Positions 55,123-64,000 of a stretch of 64,000 nucleotides of DNA are shown one piece after another. Under the pieces are notes generated by a model, which worked only from the letters and a program-made list of their open reading frames with translations, had not been told where the DNA came from and did no database searches. The number at the start of each line of letters is the position of its first letter. The stretch's first letter is position 1. The stretch is taken from contig CAVYSY010000039.1 of assembly GCA_963771175.1 (NCBI GenBank), positions 128,001-192,000 on the forward strand, written 5' to 3'. The stretch is from an uncultured delta proteobacterium. Lineage in GTDB: Bacteria > Myxococcota > Myxococcia > Myxococcales > Myxococcaceae. Both the position numbers and the translations under genes were made by a program.

Positions 55123-57147
55123 TCACTCCTGTTGGGTTTCCGCCACCTTGCTGGTGCGCTGGGGCTTCTTCATCGGCACACCCCGCACCGTCAGGTCCTC
55201 GAAGGTGCAGACCAGGTTGCGGCACCCCACCGCCACCTTCCCCGCGCGGTCCTGGAGTCCCTCCAGGTACTTGCGCGCGAAGCGCTGGCCGTTGAGGAAG
55301 GCCTCCACCTCCAACCCGGTCTTCTTCTTCCGGAGCTGCAGCTTCACGCGGAAGGGGCCATCCATGGGGACCGGCGTCTCGTCCTCCACGAGGCTCTCCA
55401 CCTCCTGCGCACTGTTGCCCACCACCTCCTTCTCATCCGCGGTGGTGTAGCGCCAGCTCAGCCGCATGCCCGCGCCCGGAATGGCGAAGACGGACACCTG
55501 CAGGCCCGTGATGCGGAAGGCCAGCTCGCCATAGTGCTGCGCATCGGGCTCCTCGGAGTAACCCCGGCCCAACGGGCGCACCCCCATCAGCACCTCGGCG
55601 GAGAAGTCGTCGGTGGAGAAGTAGCGATTCGCCAGGTACGCGCGGGGGATCAGCTTCCCCTTGCCGCCCGAGGTGTCGTTGCCGCCCTGCTGCGCCGTCA
55701 GCTTCCCGCCCGACACCGACCACGCGCCGGCGTGGGCGTTCAGTTCCTCCTCGCCCGCCACGAAGTCCATGTCCAACCGCACGCGCCCGTCCGCCAGTTC
55801 CTCCACCGACGAGGTCGCGAACAGGTCTCCGTTGGTGTTGGCTGGCCAGCGCTTGTCCGCCGGTACCAGCCGGGGGCCCCACGTGCCGACCACCACCTTC
55901 TTGTCCTCGCTCACCTGCACGCCCACCGGGCCCAGCAGCGTCCGAAGCACGAAGGAGGTGACCATGATTCCCCCCATCACCGTGAGCCCCGCGCGAACCT
56001 TGCGCCAGCCCGACTTCAGCCGGCCCTTCACCCCGCCCTCCCGCACCACCGCCCGTGGCTCCGTCACCAGCCCCGAGGGCAGACCGGGCTGCGAGACGCT
56101 CGTGACGAGCCCCTCGAGCGCCTGGCTCACCTCGGCGGCCCGCGCGTAGCGCGCCTCGGGCTCGGTCTCCAGCAGCCGCGCCACCACCGCATCCAGGCGT
56201 GGATCCAGTCCCGGCACGCGCTCGGAGGGCAGCTTGAAGCGCCCCACCGGCAGCTCCCCGGTGAGCATCTCGTAGAGCACCACGCCGAACGAGAACAGGT
56301 CCGCGCGCCCGTCCACGTTCTTCGCGTCCCGCCGCTGCTCGGGCGCCATGTAGTTGAGCGTCCCCATGGCCACCGACGTCGCGGTGAGCTGCAGCCGCGA
56401 GTCCGGCTGGCGGATGCCCGCGAGTCCGAAGTCCGCCACCTTCACGTGCCCGCGCACGTCCAGCAGGATGTTCTCCGGCTTCAGGTCACGGTGGATGATG
56501 CCCTTGTCGTGCGCGCACTCGATGGCCCGTGCCACCTGCAGCGCCACGCGCAGGGCCTCGGGGGGCGACAGCTCGCGCATCACCTCGCGCAGCGAGCGCC
56601 CCTCCACGTACTCCATCACGAAGTAGTAGTGCTCCCCCGCCACCCCGCGATCGATGATCTGGATGATGTTGGGGTGGCTCAGCGCCGCGAGCGCGGTGGC
56701 CTCTTTGTCGAAGCGGGTGACGAACTCGGGATCCTTCGCCAGCCGCGGCGGCAGCACCTTCACCGCCACGCTGCGGCCCAGGGAGATCTGCCGCGCCAGC
56801 CACACCTCGCCCATCCCGCCCCGGCCCAGCACCCGCACCAGCTCGAAGCCCGGCAGCTCCAACGCCGTGCTGACGTAGGTGCCGTCCATCCCGGGCTCCT
56901 GCGCCGAGGACTTCCCCGCCCGGCTGATCACCGTGGCGCCCGAGCCCAGGGCCCCCTCGTCCACGGAAGACGCCGGCGCCGGCCCGAGGCTGCCACGCAC
57001 CATCGTGGCGTCGACGCCCACGCCCGTGGAAGCCGACCCCAGACGCACGACGAACCGGGCCCCACAGGCACATGACACCTCGTGCCCGTCGGCGAGCCCG
57101 CTCACGTCATGCGCACGCGCACAGCCTGGACAGTTCTGGGTCGTCAT
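55123..57147 (-). CDS. Ser/Thr protein kinase with N-terminal Zn ribbon and extracytoplasmic domain
   Basis: CPGC..CACG; GRGGMG, HRDLKPEN, DFG, YMAPEQ; TM helix. Confidence 0.93.
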   Translation of the reverse strand: MTTQNCPGCARAHDVSGLADGHEVSCACGARFVVRLGSASTGVGVDATMVRGSLGPAPASSVDEGALGSGATVISRAGKSSAQEPGMDGTYVSTALELPGFELVRVLGRGGMGEVWLARQISLGRSVAVKVLPPRLAKDPEFVTRFDKEATALAALSHPNIIQIIDRGVAGEHYYFVMEYVEGRSLREVMRELSPPEALRVALQVARAIECAHDKGIIHRDLKPENILLDVRGHVKVADFGLAGIRQPDSRLQLTATSVAMGTLNYMAPEQRRDAKNVDGRADLFSFGVVLYEMLTGELPVGRFKLPSERVPGLDPRLDAVVARLLETEPEARYARAAEVSQALEGLVTSVSQPGLPSGLVTEPRAVVREGGVKGRLKSGWRKVRAGLTVMGGIMVTSFVLRTLLGPVGVQVSEDKKVVVGTWGPRLVPADKRWPANTNGDLFATSSVEELADGRVRLDMDFVAGEEELNAHAGAWSVSGGKLTAQQGGNDTSGGKGKLIPRAYLANRYFSTDDFSAEVLMGVRPLGRGYSEEPDAQHYGELAFRITGLQVSVFAIPGAGMRLSWRYTTADEKEVVGNSAQEVESLVEDETPVPMDGPFRVKLQLRKKKTGLEVEAFLNGQRFARKYLEGLQDRAGKVAVGCRNLVCTFEDLTVRGVPMKKPQRTSKVAETQQE

Positions 57148-58841
57148 CCGCCACGGGAGTTGGTGATCTCCAGCCCGAGCACCCGATACGCCAGGACGCC
57201 CTTTTCCCTGCCCTTCACCTGGGTGACGGGCAGGGGCTCCGCCTCGAAGCCGTTGCCGGCCTTGCGGATGGTGCTCTCGTTGGCCACCACCTCGCCGCCC
57301 TTGGCGAGCCCACACAGGCGCGAGGCCGTGTTCACCGTGTCGCCGATGGCGGTGAACTCATGGCGCTCGGTGCTGCCCATGTAGCCCACGACGGCCTGGC
57401 CGGTGTTCACGCCGATGCCCACCTCGATGGGCGGCTTGCCCGCCGCCATGCGCGAGCCGTTGAGCACCTCGACCGCGTCCTGCATCTCCAGCGCCGCGCG
57501 CAGCGCCCGGGCCGGATCGTCCGGGTGCTGCGAGGGCGGACCCCACACCGCCATCACGCAGTCGCCGATGAACTTGTCCAGGTTCCCCTCGTGACGGAAC
57601 ACCACTCCCGCCATCAGCGTGAAGAACTCGTTGAGCATGGACACCACCTCCTGCGGAGACTCGTTCTCCGACAGGGTGGTGAAGCCGCGGATGTCCGCGA
57701 ACAGGCACGTCACTTCCGCCAGCCGGCTCTGCCGCAGGTCCTCGGTCTCGCCGCGGATCACCGCCTCGGCCACCGCGCGGGACAGGAAGCGGCTGAGCTC
57801 GGCGCGCGTAATCGCCTCGGCCTGGATCTGCTGGGCCAGCGCGGCGTTCTCCAGGGCGATCGCCGCCTGCGCGGCCAGGCCCGAGAGGATGGTCAGATCC
57901 TTCTCCGAGAAGGCGTTGGTCTGCTGGCGCGAGTCCAGGAACAGCACCGCCTCGAGCTGGCCCTTGGCCAGCAGCGGCACCGCCATGGCCGAGCGGATGC
58001 CCTGCGCCACGATGCTCTCCGAGGAGGAGAAGCGCTCGTCGATGATGGCGTCCGCGGTGAGCACCGCCTTGTGCGTCTCGGCCACCTTCTGCAGCACGGT
58101 GTCGGACACCATCACGTTGGCCGGGCTGCTGCCCTGCCGGTACTTCACCGCCACCACGTTGTTGAACTGGCCGTCCGGGCCCCGCTTGAGGACGACGCCG
58201 TGGTCCGCCGTCAGGAGCTGGAAGGCCACCGAGAGGATCTGGTCGAACAGGTCCTCCTGCTGGCCCTTCTGGCTCACCTGGCGGTGGAACTCGTAGGCGA
58301 TGCGCAGCTTCTCGTACTCGCGCTTGAGGGCGGCCAGCTCCTGGATCTGCTCGGCGGGCCGGAAGTTCTGCGGCGCCTGCTGATCCATCTGCGCGAGGAA
58401 CGCGGGGATGGAGTGCGACTGCGCCACCACCGTCACCCGGGGGGCGGCGCGGCCCGGGGGTGGAGGGATGCCATGGGCTCCGACGGCGGCCTGCCCCTGG
58501 GCGACCGAGACCTCCCCCGTGGTGAAGACGAGCTTGGAGGTGCCCAGGGTGATCTCATCCCCCTCGCGCAGCCGCAGCTCGGCGACCCGCCGCCCGTTGA
58601 CGAAGGTGCCGTTGGAGGAGCCCAGGTCGCGCAGGATGAAGTCGCGCCCCATGCGCTCGATGGTGGCGTGCTCCTTGGAGACCTCCCGGTCCACCAGCCG
58701 CACCGTGTTGGACGGGTGGCGGCCCAGCGTCATCAGGTCCCCGAGCGGGAACTCTCCCGTCGAACCGTCCGGAAACCGCCCCTTGAGGTGCGGACCACGA
58801 CTGGGGGTGGACTTGGCAGATGGGGCGGGGACTTGACTCAC
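57144..58841 (-). CDS. FHA-GAF-class III adenylate/guanylate cyclase
   Basis: FHA LGR..SKEHA..SSNGT; LFADIRGFT, DKFIGD, GDTVNTASR. Confidence 0.93.
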   Translation of the reverse strand: MSQVPAPSAKSTPSRGPHLKGRFPDGSTGEFPLGDLMTLGRHPSNTVRLVDREVSKEHATIERMGRDFILRDLGSSNGTFVNGRRVAELRLREGDEITLGTSKLVFTTGEVSVAQGQAAVGAHGIPPPPGRAAPRVTVVAQSHSIPAFLAQMDQQAPQNFRPAEQIQELAALKREYEKLRIAYEFHRQVSQKGQQEDLFDQILSVAFQLLTADHGVVLKRGPDGQFNNVVAVKYRQGSSPANVMVSDTVLQKVAETHKAVLTADAIIDERFSSSESIVAQGIRSAMAVPLLAKGQLEAVLFLDSRQQTNAFSEKDLTILSGLAAQAAIALENAALAQQIQAEAITRAELSRFLSRAVAEAVIRGETEDLRQSRLAEVTCLFADIRGFTTLSENESPQEVVSMLNEFFTLMAGVVFRHEGNLDKFIGDCVMAVWGPPSQHPDDPARALRAALEMQDAVEVLNGSRMAAGKPPIEVGIGVNTGQAVVGYMGSTERHEFTAIGDTVNTASRLCGLAKGGEVVANESTIRKAGNGFEAEPLPVTQVKGREKGVLAYRVLGLEITNSRGG

Positions 58842-58942
58842 GCGCGAGACCTCTCCGTCTCGGACAACGGCATCACGGGCGGGACACTACCAGAGGCGCC
58901 GGAGCACCGGAACGGCAACGGATGCCTGCCTGGAGGGTTGCT

Positions 58943-59897
58943 TCAGGGCACCACGGGCGTCGGGTTTTCCGGGCCTACCGGAGACGGCCCCGAGGCCAGC
59001 AGAGGGAGCGGGTTCTTGATGGCGAGGCCCACCGAGGGGTACAGGGTGACCCCCCCCAGGTCCCTCGCCTGGCCGAACACCACCGGGCGGCTGTGGACGT
59101 AGCCACCGGTGAGCTCGGCATAGAGGTGCACGTACTTGTAACCCAGGGCGAAGCCCACACTGGCGCCATAGAAGTGGCTGTTGACGCGGGCCGGCAACGC
59201 CAGGTCGAAGCCCGTCACGTTCTTGCCCGCCTGCGAGTAGTCCACCAGCTTCTGGTCCAGCGAGGTGCGGCTGAAGATGTACTTGGGCGCCGCGTACAGC
59301 TTGAAGATGTCCCCCAGGTCCACGCTCATGTAGAGGGGGACCTCGACGTCCCAGCGCGAGAAGCTGTCGAGCTGTACCACCTCCAGCGCGTCCAGGATGG
59401 GGCTCTTGAAGAGGTGGCGGGCGACGCCCACGCCCAGGGCCATGTCGAGCGACTTTCGCCGGGTGGGAGGCAGGTGGGAGTCGTCGGGGTCTCCCCCGTG
59501 CAGCAGGCGCACCTTGCCGTCGAACCGGACGGAGGTGGTGCTCAGGCGCAGGCCCACGTCCAGGGCAGTGGACTCCAGCAGGCCGGCGCGGATCATCAGC
59601 TCCTGGCCGACGCCCGGAGGAGCCAGCGCCAGTGCCATGCCCGCGGTGAGCAGCTTCTGGGCGTCCTCCTCGGCGAGGGCGTAGGGCTGATCCTCGTCGA
59701 TGGCCTTCTTGATGGCCTTGCCCTGGCCGATGCCCTGGTCGATCGCCGTGGCGAGCTGGCCCACCGGGGCGAAGAGGCCCATCCCCCCGGACACCTGGAA
59801 CTGGCCCCGGGCGAGCGGCTTCGCCGTCTGCATCGTGGACAAGGGTGGAGGCACAGCCGGTGGCGGCTAGCAGGGCTAGCAGGGCGAACAATCTCAT
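58943..59897 (-). CDS. Hypothetical lipoprotein, beta-strand rich (frameshift near 59850)
   Basis: MRLFALLALLAATGC joins LSTMQTAKPL in another frame. Confidence 0.7.
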
Positions 59898-59993
59898 GGC
59901 GGGTCGGGACGTTACGCCGCCAGGTGCCGGCTTGTCAGGCCCCCGACCATTCGTTCCTTCCTCTCGGGGCGCTCTCGCTGTTAAGGAAACCCC

Positions 59994-61610
59994 GTGCGAA
60001 TCAAGCAGAAACCCGAAGATTTCTCCGTCAAGGAGTCCTACCGCTTCGACGAAGTGCCAAGCGGGCGCTACCGCGTCTACCTGATGGACAAGCAGAAACT
60101 GTCCACCTTCGAGGCGGCGGATCGCATCCGCGACGCGTTCGGCCTCAAGCCGGGCTCCATCTCCTACTGCGGCCTCAAGGACAAGCAGGGCCGCACCGAG
60201 CAGCTCATCGCGGTGGAGAGCGCGGACGTGGACATGCAGGATCCCGACCTGCGCCTGAAGTACCTGGGGCGCACGGATCAGCCCCTGTCGGCCGCCAACA
60301 TCACCTCCAACCGCTTCGCCGTCACCGTGCGCTCGCTGCGCGAGGAGTCCGTCGGCCCCCTCAACGTGGCCGCCGCCGAGGTCAACCGCCTGGGCGTGGT
60401 GAACTACTTCGACAGCCAGCGCTTCGGCTCGCTCAAGCACGGCCAGGGCTACATCGCCAAGGATCTCATCCGCGGCGACTTCGAGGCCGCGCTGCGCAAC
60501 TACCTCGCCAAGCCCTCGGAGCTGGACCGCACCGAGGACGCCAAGGTGAAGACCTTCTGGCGCGAGAACTGGGGCCGGTGGGACGCGCGCGTGCCCTTCG
60601 AGGGCTCCCGCAAGTACCACCGCATCCTCAAGTCCCTGCGCGAGCACCCCGACGACTACGTGCGCGCCTTCCTGCAGATCGACTCGGACTACCGGGCCAT
60701 GCTGCTCTTCACCTACCAGAGCTACCTCTGGAACGAGGGCGTGCGGCGCTACCTCCAGCTGCTGCTGCCGCGCGAGCACCTCTTCCCCATGAAGTACCAG
60801 GCCGGCACCCTGCTCTTCCACCGGACGCCGACGCCCGAGGTGCTCCGCACCCTGCGCGACGCCACCTTCCCCCTGCTCGGGCCGGACACCCACATCGAGG
60901 ATCCGAAGGTGCAGGAGGCCGTGAACTGGGTGCTCGGCAAGGAGAAGCTCGCCCTGCAGGACCTGCGCATCGAAGAGGCCTCGCGGATGCTCTTCTTCAA
61001 GAGCGAGCAGCGCCCCCTCCTCGTCTTCCCCCAGAAGCTCGTCATCGGCCGCACCCAGCGGGACGAGCTGAACAGGGGCGACGTCAAGGTCAACGTCGCC
61101 TTCACCCTGCCCCCCGGCGCCTACGCCACCCTCGTCATCAAGCGCCTCTTCCACTTCGAGTACCGGGAGGAGACCCCGCAGCAGATCCGCGAGTCGTGGC
61201 GTGCCCCCGTGGAGGATCGGGACGGGCAGACCGCGGACACGGCCTACGCCCCCCGCGGCCCCCGGAAGGCCCCCGCCCCCACGCCCCCCGTCCAGGCGGC
61301 CAGGGGCCCCGCCCGACGGACCCGAGACACCGAGGAGACCTCCGCCCGGACCCCGGCCCGACGCGCCCCGGCCACCGAGTGGCCCCCCAGCCGGTCCACC
61401 CGGACCCCGGCCCGGCGCACTCCGGCCTCCGAGCCCGCCGCTCCCGCCGAGCAGCGCGGCAGGACCCGGGAGGCCCCCCTCGCCGAGGCCCCCCTCGCCG
61501 AGGCCCGCTCCAGCGGATTCCTCGAGCGCCAGCGCCAGAAGAAGCAGACGAAGCAGCAGGCGCAGAAGGAGCAGGCGGCCAAGCGCGCGGAATCACAGAA
61601 GAAGAAGTGA
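59994..61610 (+). CDS. truD: tRNA pseudouridine(13) synthase TruD with low-complexity C-terminal tail
   Basis: IKQKPEDFSV, GLKDK, NYFDSQRFG, QSYLWN, FTLPPGAYAT. Confidence 0.92.
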   Translation: MRIKQKPEDFSVKESYRFDEVPSGRYRVYLMDKQKLSTFEAADRIRDAFGLKPGSISYCGLKDKQGRTEQLIAVESADVDMQDPDLRLKYLGRTDQPLSAANITSNRFAVTVRSLREESVGPLNVAAAEVNRLGVVNYFDSQRFGSLKHGQGYIAKDLIRGDFEAALRNYLAKPSELDRTEDAKVKTFWRENWGRWDARVPFEGSRKYHRILKSLREHPDDYVRAFLQIDSDYRAMLLFTYQSYLWNEGVRRYLQLLLPREHLFPMKYQAGTLLFHRTPTPEVLRTLRDATFPLLGPDTHIEDPKVQEAVNWVLGKEKLALQDLRIEEASRMLFFKSEQRPLLVFPQKLVIGRTQRDELNRGDVKVNVAFTLPPGAYATLVIKRLFHFEYREETPQQIRESWRAPVEDRDGQTADTAYAPRGPRKAPAPTPPVQAARGPARRTRDTEETSARTPARRAPATEWPPSRSTRTPARRTPASEPAAPAEQRGRTREAPLAEAPLAEARSSGFLERQRQKKQTKQQAQKEQAAKRAESQKKK

Positions 61611-61635
61611 CGTCGGGCGCCGATTTTCCGGGCGG

Positions 61636-61661
61636 TGCAATCAGGGAACCCATGCTCCGTA
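61636..61661 (+). promoter_or_regulatory. Putative ECF sigma-dependent promoter
   Basis: TGCAAT-N16-CGTA resembles SigW-type TGAAAC-N16-CGTA, just upstream of the ECF gene. Confidence 0.55.
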
Positions 61662-61670
61662 GACCAGGGC

Positions 61671-62300
61671 GTGAATGCTCTCGCCCTCAACGCAGCAGAC
61701 GTCGCGGACCTCGCCCGAGCCATCGGCATGCTGATGGCCGATGACGCCGCCGCCCCGCCGTGGAAGGCCGATGTGGTGGCCGCCCGGCGGGGGGATCCGT
61801 CGGCCTTCGAGTCGCTCGTCCGCAGTGTGCAGCGCCCGGTGTACGGCCTGGCGCTGCGCCTGCTCGGCAACGAGGCCGAGGCCGCCGAGGTCTCCCAGGA
61901 GGCCTTCCTCCGCGCCTACCAGAACCTGCACAAGTACGACGAGTCGCGCCCCTTCGATCTGTGGGTGATGGCCATCACCCGCAACCTGTGCCTGGACCTG
62001 CTGCGCCGGCGCACCAAGGTGAAGACGGAGGAGCTCGAGCCCATGCGGGAGTTCCTCCCCAGCGGCGAGGCCTCGCTCGAGGAGGGCGCCATCGCCCGCC
62101 AGGAGCACCAGTCGCTGGAGGCGGCCCTCGCCACGCTGTCCGCCGACGACCGGGAGGTGCTCGCGCTCTACTACGTGCAGAAGCGCACCACGAAGGAGAT
62201 CGCCCAGATCCTGGGCTGCGCGCCGGGCACCATCATGGCGCGCCTGTTCCGGGCCCGGGAGAAGCTCCGCAAGAAGATGAGCCCGGAGGAGCCGACATGA
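61671..62300 (+). CDS. ECF RNA polymerase sigma factor
   Basis: SQEAFLRAY, WVMAITRNLCLD, EIAQILGCAPGTIMARLFRAR; start uncertain. Confidence 0.92.
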   Translation: MNALALNAADVADLARAIGMLMADDAAAPPWKADVVAARRGDPSAFESLVRSVQRPVYGLALRLLGNEAEAAEVSQEAFLRAYQNLHKYDESRPFDLWVMAITRNLCLDLLRRRTKVKTEELEPMREFLPSGEASLEEGAIARQEHQSLEAALATLSADDREVLALYYVQKRTTKEIAQILGCAPGTIMARLFRAREKLRKKMSPEEPT

Positions 62301-62809
62301 TGCCCACGTCCATCGAGTGCCCGGACCTCGAGGTGCTCTTCACCGAGCTGGAGTCCGGCGAGCACGGCCCCGCCCTGGAGCACGCGAAGCTGTGCCCCCT
62401 GTGCACCGCCATCATCGAGGAGCACCGGCTGCTGGAGAAGGACCTCTACCGGCTGGCGGATCCGCTCCCCCCGCCGGACCTGGTGCACAAGGTGATGGCG
62501 CGGGTGGCCGTCGAGCCCGTCCCCGTGCGACGCGAGTTGTGGACGGGCCTGAGCATCCTGGGAGTCTCGCTGCTGATGGGGCTCGGGGTGCTGCTCACCA
62601 ACGACGCGGCCCTGAGCGGGGCCGGCACCGCGCTGGCCCGCTTCCTCGTGGACGGCAAGGCCTTCCTCGAGGCGCTGCGCAGTGGCTCCCGCGCCCTGTG
62701 GAGCACCGCGGCCGGACCCGTCGCCGGTCTGCTCGCCGCCCTCCTCCTCTCCTCCCTGTTCGGCATCAAGCGACTGGCCGGCAACGGCCCGACCCCCTCC
62801 GAAGCGTGA
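62297..62809 (+). CDS. Zinc-finger (ZAS) anti-sigma factor with TM helices
   Basis: HAKLCPLC = HxxxCxxC; start overlaps the sigma stop; two TMs. Confidence 0.88.
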   Translation: MMPTSIECPDLEVLFTELESGEHGPALEHAKLCPLCTAIIEEHRLLEKDLYRLADPLPPPDLVHKVMARVAVEPVPVRRELWTGLSILGVSLLMGLGVLLTNDAALSGAGTALARFLVDGKAFLEALRSGSRALWSTAAGPVAGLLAALLLSSLFGIKRLAGNGPTPSEA

Positions 62810-62817
62810 GTGTCGCC

Positions 62818-64000
62818 ATGAAAATCTCCAAGCGCCTGTTGCTCCCCGCCCTCCTGCTCGCTTCGCCCCTCGCACTCGCCCAGACGCAGGCCCCCGCGGC
62901 CGCCGCCGAGGCCCCGGCCAAGGACACCATCAGCATCCAGTTCCGCGGCTCGCTGCGGGACGCCCTCCAGAAGATCGCCGAGGAGGGCGGCCTCAACGTG
63001 GTGGTGACGGGAGACCTGGACTCTCCCGCCGAGGTCCGCCTGAAGAACGTCAGCGCCGAGCAGGCCCTGCGCACGGTGGCCCGCGCCTACTCGCTGAAGC
63101 TGGAGGAGGACGGAGGCATCTACACCCTGCGCGCCCAGACGGCCCTGGAGAAGGTCCAGGGCCTCGCGGGGACACCGGCCACCCCGCCCGTGCCCCCGGT
63201 CCCGGCCGCTCCGCCACTCCGGCGACCTGCCCTCGCGCCCCCGCCGCCGGGGCCCTCGGACCTGGCGAACGAGGTGGCCCAGAGCGCCATGGACGACGAC
63301 GAGGTGAAGGAGCGCATGCGGGATCGGATCCGTGAGGTGCGGCGCTCCAACCGGAACAAGGGCTCGCGCGACGTGGTGGCCCGCGGCCGCTCGCTGGAGG
63401 TGAAGGAGGGCGAGTCGGTGGACAGCGCGGTCGTCTACGGCGGCAACCTGACGGTGAAGGGGAACGTGGAGGACGATGCGGTCGTCTTCGGCGGCAACCT
63501 GGAGATCACCGGCCACGTGGAGGGTGACGCGCACGCCTTCGGCGGCAACGTGGTGCTCGGCCCGAACGCGGTGGTGGAGGGCGACGTGTCGTCCTTCGGC
63601 GGCAACGTCATCAAGCAGGACGGCGCGCATGTGGAGGGCAGCACCGAGTCCTTCGGCGGCGCCGACATCGGCAAGCTGGTGGCGGGAGAGCTCAAGGAGA
63701 ACATCCAGAAGGAGACGAAGAAGGCGGCCCGCCTCGATCGCGAGGACGACAAGCGGCACGGCAGCGGCTTCGCGGCCTTCCTGGTGTGGTTCGCGATGCT
63801 CTTCGGGACGGGCTTCCTGGGACAGCTCTTCTTCCCCACGCGGATGAAGGAGTTGGGCGCGGAGGTCAAGGCGCAGCCGGTGAAGAGCGGTGTGGTGGGT
63901 CTGCTGGCGGCGCTGGCGATGATCCCCATCACCGTGGTGCTGACGGTGACGATCATCGGGATCCCCGTGATGATGGCCCTGTGGGTGGTGGCCCTGCTGA
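62818..64000 (+). CDS. Membrane protein with STN-like domain and bactofilin-like beta-helix repeats (partial)
   Basis: Manual translation open to the window end: signal peptide, SLRDALQKIAEEGGLNVVV, Pro-rich linker, repeated (Y/F)GGN..V.G.VEGD, TM helices. Confidence 0.8.
   Translation, partial: MKISKRLLLPALLLASPLALAQTQAPAAAAEAPAKDTISIQFRGSLRDALQKIAEEGGLNVVVTGDLDSPAEVRLKNVSAEQALRTVARAYSLKLEEDGGIYTLRAQTALEKVQGLAGTPATPPVPPVPAAPPLRRPALAPPPPGPSDLANEVAQSAMDDDEVKERMRDRIREVRRSNRNKGSRDVVARGRSLEVKEGESVDSAVVYGGNLTVKGNVEDDAVVFGGNLEITGHVEGDAHAFGGNVVLGPNAVVEGDVSSFGGNVIKQDGAHVEGSTESFGGADIGKLVAGELKENIQKETKKAARLDREDDKRHGSGFAAFLVWFAMLFGTGFLGQLFFPTRMKELGAEVKAQPVKSGVVGLLAALAMIPITVVLTVTIIGIPVMMALWVVALL

Overview
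GC-rich myxobacterial chromosome segment, probably Cystobacterineae (Archangium/Cystobacter/Stigmatella-like; inferred from gene content). The backbone carries HU, a DEAD helicase, mutS, nhaA, an ABC1 kinase, an RND pump, an MCE/Mla-type ABC system, two SPFH genes, an MBL hydrolase plus sigma-54 activator, an ABC-2 exporter, a Ser/Thr kinase plus FHA-GAF-cyclase, truD and an ECF sigma/anti-sigma locus. Accessory DNA includes three lipoprotein toxin-immunity cassettes (SitA-like), an IS66/integrase/tmRNA-tail scar, a four-gene surface lipoprotein operon with a monoheme cytochrome, and a three-gene insert in the MCE operon. Many genes are split by single-base frameshifts, most likely assembly errors. 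Best leads: (1) an MCE transporter with two reciprocally degenerate ATPases, predicting one active and one dead site; (2) a possible in-frame nested lipoprotein gene in the toxin-linked kinase; (3) the DUF2330/NHL/NHL/cytochrome P460-like operon; (4) a REase-fold lipoprotein toxin pair; (5) an orphan papain-like protein. Family names come from motif recognition only; no searches were run.
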